A stretch of DNA of 64,000 nucleotides from an uncultured Bacteroidia bacterium (GCA_938006875.1 CALLMJ010000055.1:918-64917); one strand, 5' to 3'; positions 8,476-17,800 are shown, counted from the first letter of the stretch. Notes: generated by a model from the letters alone, not told the origin. Numbers and translations: made by a program.

Positions 8476-9072
8476 CTAAAAAATAATACATAGCCAAGAA
8501 CCATCATCTTGTTTTTCATACTCAATTTCCACCTCTTCTAACTCATAACCTAAAAAATCTTTTACAAAATCTTCCACAGATTGTTTATTTTGAGTGAAAT
8601 AATAATAACCTCTAAATTCTAATTCTGCTTGTAAAAAATATTCAGAACCATTATTTAGTTGAGCTTGTATTGTACAAGGAATTTGGTTGGTTTCAATTTC
8701 ATACTCTTCAAATGAAATAGAAATTATATCAGAAACCTGTTCTGCTAAATCTCCTTCATAATTAACCAAATCTAGTAGTTCATCTTCTTCCTCTTCTAAG
8801 ATGGTATTACTTATTTCTTCAATATTATAACCCTCAGGAATAATAATATCATTAAAAGCCTCAAAAATTTCGTCATCGGATTCTACTTGTGCTTCTACAG
8901 TCCATGCTATTTGTTCATATTCATTTTCAACAAATATTCCAATTATGTAAGCATCTGAGATATTATATTCATTTTCACCAATTTTTAAAAAGGAAACAAC
9001 TGTTTGGTGTTTTTCGTGATTAGAGTCTGGGTTTTCAAACTCTTCATTGTCATTAACTATTCTTATAGGCAT
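8476..9072 (-). CDS. hypothetical, extremely acidic cytoplasmic protein
   Basis: 198-aa ORF, co-directional with its neighbours, with no signal peptide or TM segment. Very rich in E and D (EEEEDELLDL, EEVEIEYEKQDD). No motif recognised. Confidence 0.5.
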   Translation of the reverse strand: MPIRIVNDNEEFENPDSNHEKHQTVVSFLKIGENEYNISDAYIIGIFVENEYEQIAWTVEAQVESDDEIFEAFNDIIIPEGYNIEEISNTILEEEEDELLDLVNYEGDLAEQVSDIISISFEEYEIETNQIPCTIQAQLNNGSEYFLQAELEFRGYYYFTQNKQSVEDFVKDFLGYELEEVEIEYEKQDDGSWLCIIF

Positions 9073-9139
9073 GAGAAATAAATTTACAAATTTAAGAATT
9101 CATTTTGAATAAAAAACAATTTTGAGATTTAGATTTTTT

Positions 9140-11473
9140 TTAGAGAATTGCAATTTTTTGAATATTAGTATTTTTCCCTTGTTCATCTGAAATGAGGATT
9201 AAATAAATGCCGGGTTCTACTTTTTTTCCGAGAATATCTCTTCTATCCCAAATGGCTTGACCTCCTAGCGAACGTAATTCTTTCACTAATCTACCATCTA
9301 TTGTAGTAATTTTAATTACGGAGTTGTTCACTACATTTCTAATAGTAACTTCACCATCAAATTCCCTTTTGACCGGATTAGGAAAAACAATCGCTTCATC
9401 AGCATTATCTTTACTAACAGTAGCATCACCCATATAACTCACTATTCCTTGGCTAGTAGCAAAAAATACTTCTCCCGTGTTAGGTTCTATGGTTATATCA
9501 TTGATAACATTAGAAATTAAGGGACTATTCGATTCATTAAAGTGAAGTAAAAGTTCTGTACCATCTTTATTGACTAAAAAGACACCGTTGTTAGTACCAA
9601 TCCATTTTCTATTGGCTCCATCAATGGCAATAGCTTTAACGGTTTCATCTCTCAATAAACAAAACCCTTCAATAATAGGACAGACGGCATCTGATAAATT
9701 GGTATTATCAAAAATATTGCCGGGATTATAAAAAACATTAATACCTTTATTGGTTCCAACCCAAATATTACCCGTCAAATCTTTTGCCATAGAAAATACA
9801 TAATCACTAGAAATATTTCCTCTACCAAAACCAGTGCCTATAAAGCGAACTCTATCATCATTGGGGTTATCGGGGGTGTTTTTGTCATTAAAAACATAAA
9901 TGCCATGTCCGTCTACTAAAATCCATTTTTGATTAAAATCATCAATAATCAATTCAGAAATTTTGGTTTGATTTCCAAAGAGAGATTGAGGGAAAGTAAA
10001 CCAACGGTTGTCAGTGGTCAGAACTGCTAAGGGTCTAGAAGCCAAATAAGTAGTAAACCAAGTATTTCCATTTTTATCTTTCGCAATACCAGATACACGT
10101 ATATCAGTATAACCATCATTGGTTAAGGTTGTGCCCACCAAACCTGTATTATCGTTATAAAAGGCACCCGTTAATTTGCCATTTTTTAAAGTGGAATAAC
10201 CTTGCCCCCAAGAACCCATATAAGCTGTTCTATCAGATGGGTCATAAAAAGCTACACAAATATCTCTGTTCCCTCTGAGAGTATCTAAACCCCCATTAAA
10301 ACGATTTAAGATTTTCCATTTCCTTTCCGTTAAATCCATGTAATAAACACCATCATTTGAATATTTAGGGATTTTGGCATCTCCATAACCCACTGGAGCA
10401 ACGTAAAGCTCGTTAGGACCAGCCACTATTTGATTACAGTAATTATTCGGTGGAGATTCTGGGGTAATAAAAAAAACATTCCATTCATTTAATAACAATA
10501 AACCTTGATTAGCATCTACTTGAACCACAAAATATAAATCTTCAGTGGAATGGGTTGCTACGACGGCGTCCCCATATCTTTCTCCATGTAATGTATCATT
10601 AACATATATATATGCGTTACCAGAAGTTTCCCCTGAAATAGTAGATTGAGTGGAAACATGTAGTTTATTTCTATCTCCCTTTATTCTAGTAATTTTTTTT
10701 ATAGCAAATTTTGCGCTGTCTAATTTGAAATATTGACCATTCTCCTCATAAAAAATTACATTACTCAGGGATATGTAGAGCCTCTGGTTTCCATTTTCAC
10801 TTTTTGTGATTTCTATACCATTTATTTTTGAACTCGGAATTTGATTTACTAATTGCCATGCAGAAGGGTCAGCCAAATTAGGGTGATTTTCATCAGCAAA
10901 GTAAAGACCGTTCGCCATGCCTACAAAAATTTTTCCATTATAAAAATCTATACTAAAAACGGGCAAATTAGAATTATTTTGAGCAATTTTGGTGTAAGTA
11001 AAACGTGTTTCTAGCTTTTTTAAATCATAAACCACAATTCCAAAATCTGTACAAATGTACATTCTTCCATTTTTAAATTTCATTTGGTAAATGGTTTTAC
11101 TTAAATAATTACGGTTAAGAAATATATCACGAATAGACCATATTTTTTTTTCAGGATTTTGGAAAAAATCAATGATTCCACTTTTGTAACCTATAAAAAC
11201 ATAATCCGTTTCAGGGTCATGAGCTATGCAACTGGGTTGAATGTCTGAAAGACCCTTGGTTTTCGTGTATTCTTTTATAGACCATTCATTCATATCAAAT
11301 TGCACTAACCCCGAAGTTGTTACCATAAATACATCATTTCTTCTCACCAATCCATCAACACCTGTTTTAATACTTAAATAAGAAGTCCATCTTCCTAATT
11401 GATTGGACTGTTGAGCTTTAGCAAGAAATAAGGTAAAATTTATAATAGCAAAAAATTGCAAAAGTCTAAACAT
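9140..11473 (-). CDS. beta-propeller (two-component-regulator-propeller type) protein with T9SS CTD; PorZ-like
   Basis: Signal peptide. Repeated G...WIGT/WFTT/WVGTNKG propeller-blade motifs. C-terminal VFPNPVKREFDGEVTI...GIYLILISDEQGKNTNIQKIAIL sorting domain. Size (777 aa) and architecture resemble PorZ. Confidence 0.6.
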   Translation of the reverse strand: MFRLLQFFAIINFTLFLAKAQQSNQLGRWTSYLSIKTGVDGLVRRNDVFMVTTSGLVQFDMNEWSIKEYTKTKGLSDIQPSCIAHDPETDYVFIGYKSGIIDFFQNPEKKIWSIRDIFLNRNYLSKTIYQMKFKNGRMYICTDFGIVVYDLKKLETRFTYTKIAQNNSNLPVFSIDFYNGKIFVGMANGLYFADENHPNLADPSAWQLVNQIPSSKINGIEITKSENGNQRLYISLSNVIFYEENGQYFKLDSAKFAIKKITRIKGDRNKLHVSTQSTISGETSGNAYIYVNDTLHGERYGDAVVATHSTEDLYFVVQVDANQGLLLLNEWNVFFITPESPPNNYCNQIVAGPNELYVAPVGYGDAKIPKYSNDGVYYMDLTERKWKILNRFNGGLDTLRGNRDICVAFYDPSDRTAYMGSWGQGYSTLKNGKLTGAFYNDNTGLVGTTLTNDGYTDIRVSGIAKDKNGNTWFTTYLASRPLAVLTTDNRWFTFPQSLFGNQTKISELIIDDFNQKWILVDGHGIYVFNDKNTPDNPNDDRVRFIGTGFGRGNISSDYVFSMAKDLTGNIWVGTNKGINVFYNPGNIFDNTNLSDAVCPIIEGFCLLRDETVKAIAIDGANRKWIGTNNGVFLVNKDGTELLLHFNESNSPLISNVINDITIEPNTGEVFFATSQGIVSYMGDATVSKDNADEAIVFPNPVKREFDGEVTIRNVVNNSVIKITTIDGRLVKELRSLGGQAIWDRRDILGKKVEPGIYLILISDEQGKNTNIQKIAIL

Positions 11474-11542
11474 GATTTTTATAACGTATTTTAAACCTAA
11501 AATATTGGTACAAAATTAAAAATTTCTATCAATGAATGGTAT

Positions 11543-12685
11543 TTATTTACTGAGGAAAATGTAATATAGACCTACAGAAAATCTAAATTCTTGGTGTTTG
11601 GCTTCTAATTTTGAAATATTATTTAAAGCATATTGAGCATTCATTCTAAGCATAAATTGTTGATAATGTGATTGAAATGAAATACTTAATTGCGATCTTG
11701 TGGTTTTAAGTTCTTGTTTTTGTTCTTCATTTAAGAAAAAATATTCATAAACGAAGCCTGCAGCAAAAGACTGTCTATTCCATTGTAATCCAGTTTCTAA
11801 CGGGAAATGAAATGCCAATGGTTGTGATTTTTTATTATTCAAACTCAAATGACTTCCATAACTTATTTGTGGTAAAGTTTGTGCAAAAAGCAATGGACCA
11901 AATGGATATTGCATAAAACTGGAAATCCACTGTCTGAAATATAAATCTTCTTTTTGTGTATATTTACTTCCAAAAACTCCACCACCTAAACCGAAACTCC
12001 AATTCTTTTCAAAATAATTTTTTTTCTGATTTTTTTGAAGTTCTTTATTTATGAAAATTAATTCCTGTTTGCTTTCTAAGGCAATTAAATTTTTAGTATT
12101 AATCCATTCTAATTTTTTATTTAACTCATCAGCATTTTTAATGGGTATATAATTTTGAGCTTCTTTTTTTAAAGCTTTGTATATCAAAATAGTACGGCTA
12201 ATTGCTGATACTTTTTCACTTAATATTTGCAACTGGGCAGAACGTTTACGTTTATTAGGTTCACTATTAAATTGAATATGATTTTTCTGAGTATTGTTGC
12301 TAAATTTATTTTTAATTGTGTAATAATAATTTTCAACCTTTTGATTTTTAATTTTTTGATTAGTAATTTGTTGCTTTTTATGAGCAGTTTTATTATCCTC
12401 AAATGGATTTTCATAAGTAATATTTTCAAAAGTTTTTAAACTACCGGCCTTTTGAACAATATTAATTTTATGTTCAGGTTTATAAAAATGATATCCAAGA
12501 GTTATAAATAAGAGAATTAAAGCCAAGATTCCCATACCCCAAAACCAAAAGGAATTGTTTTTTTTGTGTTTTTGTGGAAGTTGTTTTTGGAGTTGTTCCC
12601 AGTATTTATCATCATAAGGGAACTCAAATTCCTCCACTTTTGATTTTAGAAATTTTACCCATTCATTATCATTCATGTAACTCAT
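11543..12685 (-). CDS. membrane protein in the anti-sigma position (one TM helix, low-complexity linker, beta-rich C-terminus)
   Basis: ATGA overlap with the upstream ECF sigma gene. Short cytoplasmic N-terminus, TM helix FWFWGMGILALILLFITLGYHFY, then an N/K/Q low-complexity region. The role is inferred from position only. Confidence 0.45.
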   Translation of the reverse strand: MSYMNDNEWVKFLKSKVEEFEFPYDDKYWEQLQKQLPQKHKKNNSFWFWGMGILALILLFITLGYHFYKPEHKINIVQKAGSLKTFENITYENPFEDNKTAHKKQQITNQKIKNQKVENYYYTIKNKFSNNTQKNHIQFNSEPNKRKRSAQLQILSEKVSAISRTILIYKALKKEAQNYIPIKNADELNKKLEWINTKNLIALESKQELIFINKELQKNQKKNYFEKNWSFGLGGGVFGSKYTQKEDLYFRQWISSFMQYPFGPLLFAQTLPQISYGSHLSLNNKKSQPLAFHFPLETGLQWNRQSFAAGFVYEYFFLNEEQKQELKTTRSQLSISFQSHYQQFMLRMNAQYALNNISKLEAKHQEFRFSVGLYYIFLSK

Positions 12686-13242
12686 ATGGCTTCTAAGTTA
12701 AAAAAAAAGGTTTTTAATTGTATTTTGAGCATATTTTTTACTTTATGTAAGTGCCACCTAGAATTTTCTTCTGAGATGCCTAATGTTTCGGCGATTTCTT
12801 TATGTGTAAACCCTTCAAAAACATGTAAGTTAAGAATGGTTTTACCCGGTTCAGGCAAATTTTGCAATAAATCCATAATTTCTTGGCTGGTTAATTCTTG
12901 ATTGGTAAAAGCATCTAAATGCTGATCTTTTAAAATATTTTCGTAATTATCTAAACATTCCATTCTTTTTCTCCATGATTTATCATTGTTTAAGTCATTT
13001 AGCACACTGTTTACAGTAATTTTTTTAGCCCAAGCATCAAAAGAAAATTCTGAATTATACAGTGGTAGTTTTTCTATAATCCTAAGAAAAGCATTATTCA
13101 AATAAATAACAGCATCATCTTTGCAAGTAGCATAACGATAGCATATTTTCATTAAAGGAGAAAATAAAAGTTTGTATAACTGATTAATCTTTTGTTGATT
13201 GCCAGCAATACATTCTTTTATGATTTCATTAGGAATATTCAT
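12682..13242 (-). CDS. RNA polymerase sigma-70 family ECF sigma factor
   Basis: Region 2-like segment (CYRYATCKDDAV...FLRIIEKL) and a region 4 HTH (FEGFTHKEIAETLGISEENSRWHLHKVKNMLK). Size is typical at 186 aa. Confidence 0.8.
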   Translation of the reverse strand: MNIPNEIIKECIAGNQQKINQLYKLLFSPLMKICYRYATCKDDAVIYLNNAFLRIIEKLPLYNSEFSFDAWAKKITVNSVLNDLNNDKSWRKRMECLDNYENILKDQHLDAFTNQELTSQEIMDLLQNLPEPGKTILNLHVFEGFTHKEIAETLGISEENSRWHLHKVKNMLKIQLKTFFFNLEAI

Positions 13243-13410
13243 AAGATGCTCATTGTATTTTAATACAGTTAGAAACTTATATTTCGTTAGTAAAATTAGA
13301 AAAAATGTTTGTATTGGAAATTCATTTAAAAATATTAGTTTTTTAACAATTGCAATTGAACTTAATAAACTATTTACAAGTTATTAAATTGATTTTGAAT
13401 AAAAAAACAT

Positions 13411-15513
13411 ATGTTGAGAGCTTTAAAAAATCTTATCGCTGGTGTAGATGTAGATGAAATGAGATTACTTTCCATTATCGCTGAAAAAACAGATAATGCA
13501 GTAATTATTACTGATGAAAACGGTTTAATAATTTGGGCAAACCAAGCTTTTACGGATTTAACAGGATATACATTAGAAGAAGTAAAAAGGAAAAAACCTG
13601 GTCACGTGCTTCAAGGTAAAGATACAGACCCTGCAACGGTTCAACGTATTCGAGAATATATAGCAAGAAAACAATCGTTCAGAGAAAATATATTGAACTA
13701 TGACAAAGAGGGTACTCCTTACTGGATTCAACTTAACGTAACTCCTGTTTTCAACGATTTGGGTATCCTTACAAATTTTATTGCCTTTGAATTAGATGTT
13801 ACCGATGAAGTTAATAGACAGAAAGAATTAGAGCAAGCTAAAATACAAATTGAACAGCAACTTTCTCAAATTCAAGCTTATAATCAAGCTATCAATATTC
13901 GTTTGGGTTTTATGGAAATTGGTTTGGATAATAAAATAATTCAAATCAATGATAAATTAGCCAATCTTTTAGGTTATTCAAATCAAGAACTAATTGGTAA
14001 AAAACACAGAGATTTAGTAGGAAACTTGAAAACTGATGAGCAATATAAAAGGGATTGGGAAGAATTACTCAGAGAAGGTAAATTTGAAGGTGAAATTCAA
14101 CGATATAAGAAGAATGGTGAAGTAGTTTGGTTACAAGCTATATACATGGTTGTAAAAGATACTAAAACACAACAACCCAAATCTATAATAAAATTAGCGA
14201 TTGATATAACGGAAAAAAAACTTCAGGAAAAGGATTTATATGAAAAAAATCAAGAACTTTTAGCTTCCAAAGAAGAATTAAGAATGGCACAAGAAGAATT
14301 AAATGCCATTAATGAAGATTTAAAATCCAAAGCAGATGAATTAGAATCTAACTTAAAAGCTTTACAAAATGCTCAAGAGCAACTTCGTTCTCTTTCTTTA
14401 GTTGCTTCTAATACAGATAATGCTGTTATTATTACCAATGCAAACCAAGAAATTGAGTGGGTTAACCCTGGTTTCACGAGAATTTCTGGTTATACTTTAG
14501 AGGAAGTAAAAGGAAAAATTCCAGGTAGGATTCTTCAAGGTAAAGATACAGACCCTCAAACGGTTCAAAGGATACGTGAAAAACTTTTATTGAAAACGTC
14601 TTTTCAAGAAGAAATTCTTAACTATTCAAAAGATGGTCGTCCTTACTGGTTAAGTTTAAGCATCACACCTATTTTAAATGAAGTGGGAGATGTAAGTAAA
14701 TTTATAGCTATTGAAATGGACGTCACCGAAAAAAAAGAAAAAGAAAAGCTAATCAATGAAAGAAATAAAGATTTTGAGAATAGTTTGAAATATGCAAAAA
14801 CTATTCAAAAAGCTTTGCTTCCTGATTCTGATGTATTAAAAACTTATTGTAATGATTATTTCATTTATTTCCAACCCAAAGATGAAATTGGAGGGGATTT
14901 TTATTGGTTCCAAAAATATCAAGAGGTTTTATATGTAGTTACTGCTGATTGTACAGGGCATGGAGTACCTGGTGCATTGTTATCTATGTACTTCCAACAA
15001 TATTTGAATACGCTTGCAATTCAATATGCTCATGCTACATTAGACGAAAAATTAAAGGCTCTGCAAGAAGGTATTCTTAAACTTCAAAATGATCAAGGTA
15101 TTCAAGATGCTTTTGAAATGAGCATGGCAATGATCGATAAAGAAAAAATACATTTATTTACAACTTCCGCTCAACCTATCATCATTCAAAAATCTGATAA
15201 TCAAATAGAAATTTTAAAATCTGATAATTATCTTGGTAAACATCCCTTAAAGAATGGAAACTATTCATTGGATTTTTTTGTTATTTATAAAGTTCAAGTT
15301 AAAAGATTGTTCTTAATGTCTGATGGTATGATTGACCAATTCGGTGGACCCGATAATAAAAAGTTTGGGCTCACAAGATTAAAATCCTTATTAGCTACAA
15401 ACATTGAAAATAACCTCTCTCAAACCATCAAAGAATTAAAGTTTTCTTTAAATACTTGGTTCAATGGTCAAGAACAAACCGACGACTTTTTAATGATTGG
15501 ATTGGATTTATAA
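13411..15513 (+). CDS. LOV-like PAS / PAS / coiled coil / LOV-like PAS / PP2C (SpoIIE, RsbU-type) phosphatase, paralog 1
   Basis: PAS1 and PAS3 carry ...GYTLEEVK..PG(H/R)(V/I)LQGKDTDP.TVQRIRE...ILNY.K(E/D)G.PYW...(E/M)(L/M)DVT. The C-terminus has GGDFYWF...TADCTGHGVPGALLSM...MSDGMIDQFGG...EQTDDFLMIG, which are PP2C/SpoIIE motifs. Confidence 0.8.
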   Translation: MLRALKNLIAGVDVDEMRLLSIIAEKTDNAVIITDENGLIIWANQAFTDLTGYTLEEVKRKKPGHVLQGKDTDPATVQRIREYIARKQSFRENILNYDKEGTPYWIQLNVTPVFNDLGILTNFIAFELDVTDEVNRQKELEQAKIQIEQQLSQIQAYNQAINIRLGFMEIGLDNKIIQINDKLANLLGYSNQELIGKKHRDLVGNLKTDEQYKRDWEELLREGKFEGEIQRYKKNGEVVWLQAIYMVVKDTKTQQPKSIIKLAIDITEKKLQEKDLYEKNQELLASKEELRMAQEELNAINEDLKSKADELESNLKALQNAQEQLRSLSLVASNTDNAVIITNANQEIEWVNPGFTRISGYTLEEVKGKIPGRILQGKDTDPQTVQRIREKLLLKTSFQEEILNYSKDGRPYWLSLSITPILNEVGDVSKFIAIEMDVTEKKEKEKLINERNKDFENSLKYAKTIQKALLPDSDVLKTYCNDYFIYFQPKDEIGGDFYWFQKYQEVLYVVTADCTGHGVPGALLSMYFQQYLNTLAIQYAHATLDEKLKALQEGILKLQNDQGIQDAFEMSMAMIDKEKIHLFTTSAQPIIIQKSDNQIEILKSDNYLGKHPLKNGNYSLDFFVIYKVQVKRLFLMSDGMIDQFGGPDNKKFGLTRLKSLLATNIENNLSQTIKELKFSLNTWFNGQEQTDDFLMIGLDL

Positions 15514-15517
15514 TCAT

Positions 15518-15566
15518 ATATAACCCAATTAACAAAGCAAGTTTAATCGTTTCATATGTAATGAGG
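15518..15566 (+). repeat. 49-nt conserved 3' flank, copy 1 (copy 2 at 17752-17800)
   Basis: ATATAACCCAATTAACAAAGCAAGTTTAATCGTTTCATATGTAATGAGG matches the copy at 17752-17800 at 47 of 49 positions in my manual alignment. Confidence 0.85.
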
Positions 15567-15595
15567 TTGCGAATTTTTTCGCAATCTTTTTTTTT
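15567..15595 (+). terminator. intrinsic terminator after PP2C paralog 1
   Basis: TTGCGAA-tttt-TTCGCAA gives a 7-bp perfect stem (15567-15584), followed by a T-run (tcttttttttt). Confidence 0.6.
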
Positions 15596-15601
15596 ATTTT
15601 T

Positions 15602-15632
15602 TTGTAAAATAGAATTCATAATAATAAATTTG
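15602..15632 (+). promoter_or_regulatory. putative Bacteroidota sigma-A promoter for PP2C paralog 2
   Basis: TTG (15602-15604), 20 nt, then TAAATTTG (15625-15632, TAnnTTTG). The box ends 27 nt upstream of the ATG. Confidence 0.35.
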
Positions 15633-15659
15633 CATGTAATTTATAAAATATAAAATGAC

Positions 15660-17750
15660 ATGCTAAAAGCCTTTAAAAATTTTTTTTATACTAATAATAA
15701 CCACATCCATGTCAATGAAGAAAAATTATTTTCCATTATAATTGAAAAATCGGACAATGTGGTTATTATAACTGATGCTAACGGAATGATAATTTCGGTT
15801 AATCAGGCTTTTACCGATTTAACTGGTTTTAGTTTTGATGAAATAAAAGGCAATAAATTTTGGAATTTATTACAAAACCAAGCTACAGATATTGATGCAT
15901 TAGGAAGTATTCTTGAAAAGCTGACCCGAAAAGAATCCTTTAGAGAGATAGTTTTGAATTATGATAAAGAAGGGATCCCTTATTGGATGCAAATCAATGT
16001 AAATCCTGTACTGGATGACAAAGGAGAACTTTCAAATTTTGTTATTTTAGGTTTAGATGTTACTGAGCAGATAATCAACCAACAAAAATTTGAACACCAA
16101 CTTGCTCAATTACAAGCCTATAATGAAGCCATCAATATGCGTATGGGTTTTATTGAATTTGATTTGAATAGGAATATTTTGCAAGTAAATGAAAAGTTAG
16201 CTACTTTATTAGGATATACGCCTCAAGATTTGCTTGGAAAAAACCATAGAGAATTAGTAGGGGACTTGATGACGGACGAATCGTATGAAGGTTTCTGGAA
16301 TACGCTAATAAAGGAAGGTAAAGCCGAAGGTGAATTTCAAAGAAAACATAGAAATGGGCAAATAATATGGCTACAAGCAGTTTATATGTTAGTGAAAGAT
16401 ATAAATCACCAACCTAAATCGGTAATCAAATTAGCGATTGATATTACAGAACGCAAAAAGCAAGAACAAGAACTCTATGAAAAAAATGAAGAGCTTTTAG
16501 CTTCTGATGAAGAATTGAGAATGGCTCAAGAAGAGCTTAATGTTATTAATGAAGATTTAAAACTTAAAGCGGAAGCTTTAGAGAAAAGCTTAAAAAATAT
16601 TCGCACTGCGCAGGAACAACTTCGTTTACTTTCTATGGTTTCTACAAAAACGGACAATGCAGTAATCATTACCAATGCAAATAGAGAAATTGAGTGGGTA
16701 AATCCTGGTTTCACGAGAATTTCTGGTTATACTTTAGAAGAAGTAAAAGGGAAAGTTCCTGGTAGAATTCTTCAAGGTAAAGATACTGACCCTCAAACGG
16801 TTCAAAGAATACGTGAACAACTCCAATTAAAAACATCATTCCAAGAAGAAATTTTGGATTATAGAAAAGACGGTAAACCATACTGGATTAATCTCAATAT
16901 CACACCTATATTAAATGAATTAGGGGAAGTAGAGAAATATATTGCTATTGAAATGGATATTACCGAAAAAAAAGAAAAAGAAAAGCTAATCAACGAAAGA
17001 AATAAAGATTTGGAAGATAGTTTAAAATACGCCAAAACTATACAAAAAGCTTTGCTTCCTGATATGGGTATATTAAAAACTGGCTGTAAAGATTCATTCA
17101 TTTATTTCCAACCTAAAGAAGAAATTGGAGGAGATTTTTATTGGTTCAAGAAGAATGGAGAGGTTTTATACGTGGTTGCGGCAGACTGTACGGGGCATGG
17201 TGTCCCAGGTGCTTTACTATCTATTTACTTCCTGCAATATTTTAATAACATTACCACACAATATGCTAATGCAACATTCCATGAAAAATTGAATTCACTT
17301 CAAGAAGGGATTTTAAAACTTCAAAATGAACAAAGTATTCAAGATGCTTTTGAATTGAGTATGGCAATGATAGAAACTGACAGAATTCATTTATTTACTA
17401 CCACCGCTCAGCCCATTATTATTCAAAAAACTAACCATCAAATTGAAATCTTAAAATCTGATAACTATCTAGGAAAACATCCTTTAAGAAAAGAAAATAA
17501 ACCTTTTGAATTTTACGAATTTGATAAAAAAGAAATTCAAAGATTATTTCTTATGTCTGATGGAATTATAGACCAATTCGGTGGACCAGATAATAAAAAG
17601 TTTGGATTACCACGTTTAAAATCTATAATTACTGCTAATGTTGAAGAGAGTTTATCTCAAAGTTTTAAAGAAATAAAATTTTCTTTGAATACTTGGTTCA
17701 ATGGTCAAGAACAAACCGATGATTTTTTAATGATTGGATTGGATTTTTGA
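15660..17750 (+). CDS. PAS / PAS / coiled coil / LOV-like PAS / PP2C phosphatase, paralog 2 (tandem duplicate)
   Basis: Same architecture as the preceding gene. The C-terminal roughly 370 aa are near-identical (for example NPGFTRISGYTLEEVKGK.PGRILQGKDTDPQTVQRIRE), while the N-terminal PAS is much more diverged. Confidence 0.8.
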   Translation: MLKAFKNFFYTNNNHIHVNEEKLFSIIIEKSDNVVIITDANGMIISVNQAFTDLTGFSFDEIKGNKFWNLLQNQATDIDALGSILEKLTRKESFREIVLNYDKEGIPYWMQINVNPVLDDKGELSNFVILGLDVTEQIINQQKFEHQLAQLQAYNEAINMRMGFIEFDLNRNILQVNEKLATLLGYTPQDLLGKNHRELVGDLMTDESYEGFWNTLIKEGKAEGEFQRKHRNGQIIWLQAVYMLVKDINHQPKSVIKLAIDITERKKQEQELYEKNEELLASDEELRMAQEELNVINEDLKLKAEALEKSLKNIRTAQEQLRLLSMVSTKTDNAVIITNANREIEWVNPGFTRISGYTLEEVKGKVPGRILQGKDTDPQTVQRIREQLQLKTSFQEEILDYRKDGKPYWINLNITPILNELGEVEKYIAIEMDITEKKEKEKLINERNKDLEDSLKYAKTIQKALLPDMGILKTGCKDSFIYFQPKEEIGGDFYWFKKNGEVLYVVAADCTGHGVPGALLSIYFLQYFNNITTQYANATFHEKLNSLQEGILKLQNEQSIQDAFELSMAMIETDRIHLFTTTAQPIIIQKTNHQIEILKSDNYLGKHPLRKENKPFEFYEFDKKEIQRLFLMSDGIIDQFGGPDNKKFGLPRLKSIITANVEESLSQSFKEIKFSLNTWFNGQEQTDDFLMIGLDF

Positions 17751-17751
17751 A

Positions 17752-17800
17752 ATATAACCCAATTAACAAAACAATTTTAATCGTTTCATATGTAATGAGG
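17752..17800 (+). repeat. 49-nt conserved 3' flank, copy 2
   Basis: ATATAACCCAATTAACAAAACAATTTTAATCGTTTCATATGTAATGAGG starts directly after the stop of paralog 2. Confidence 0.85.

Noticed and set aside
12220-12439. Two 69-70-aa ORFs (both strands) within the anti-sigma-like gene
   Set aside because: They lie in the AT-rich N/K/Q low-complexity linker, where all frames stay open. Their products are I/L/K/F strings.
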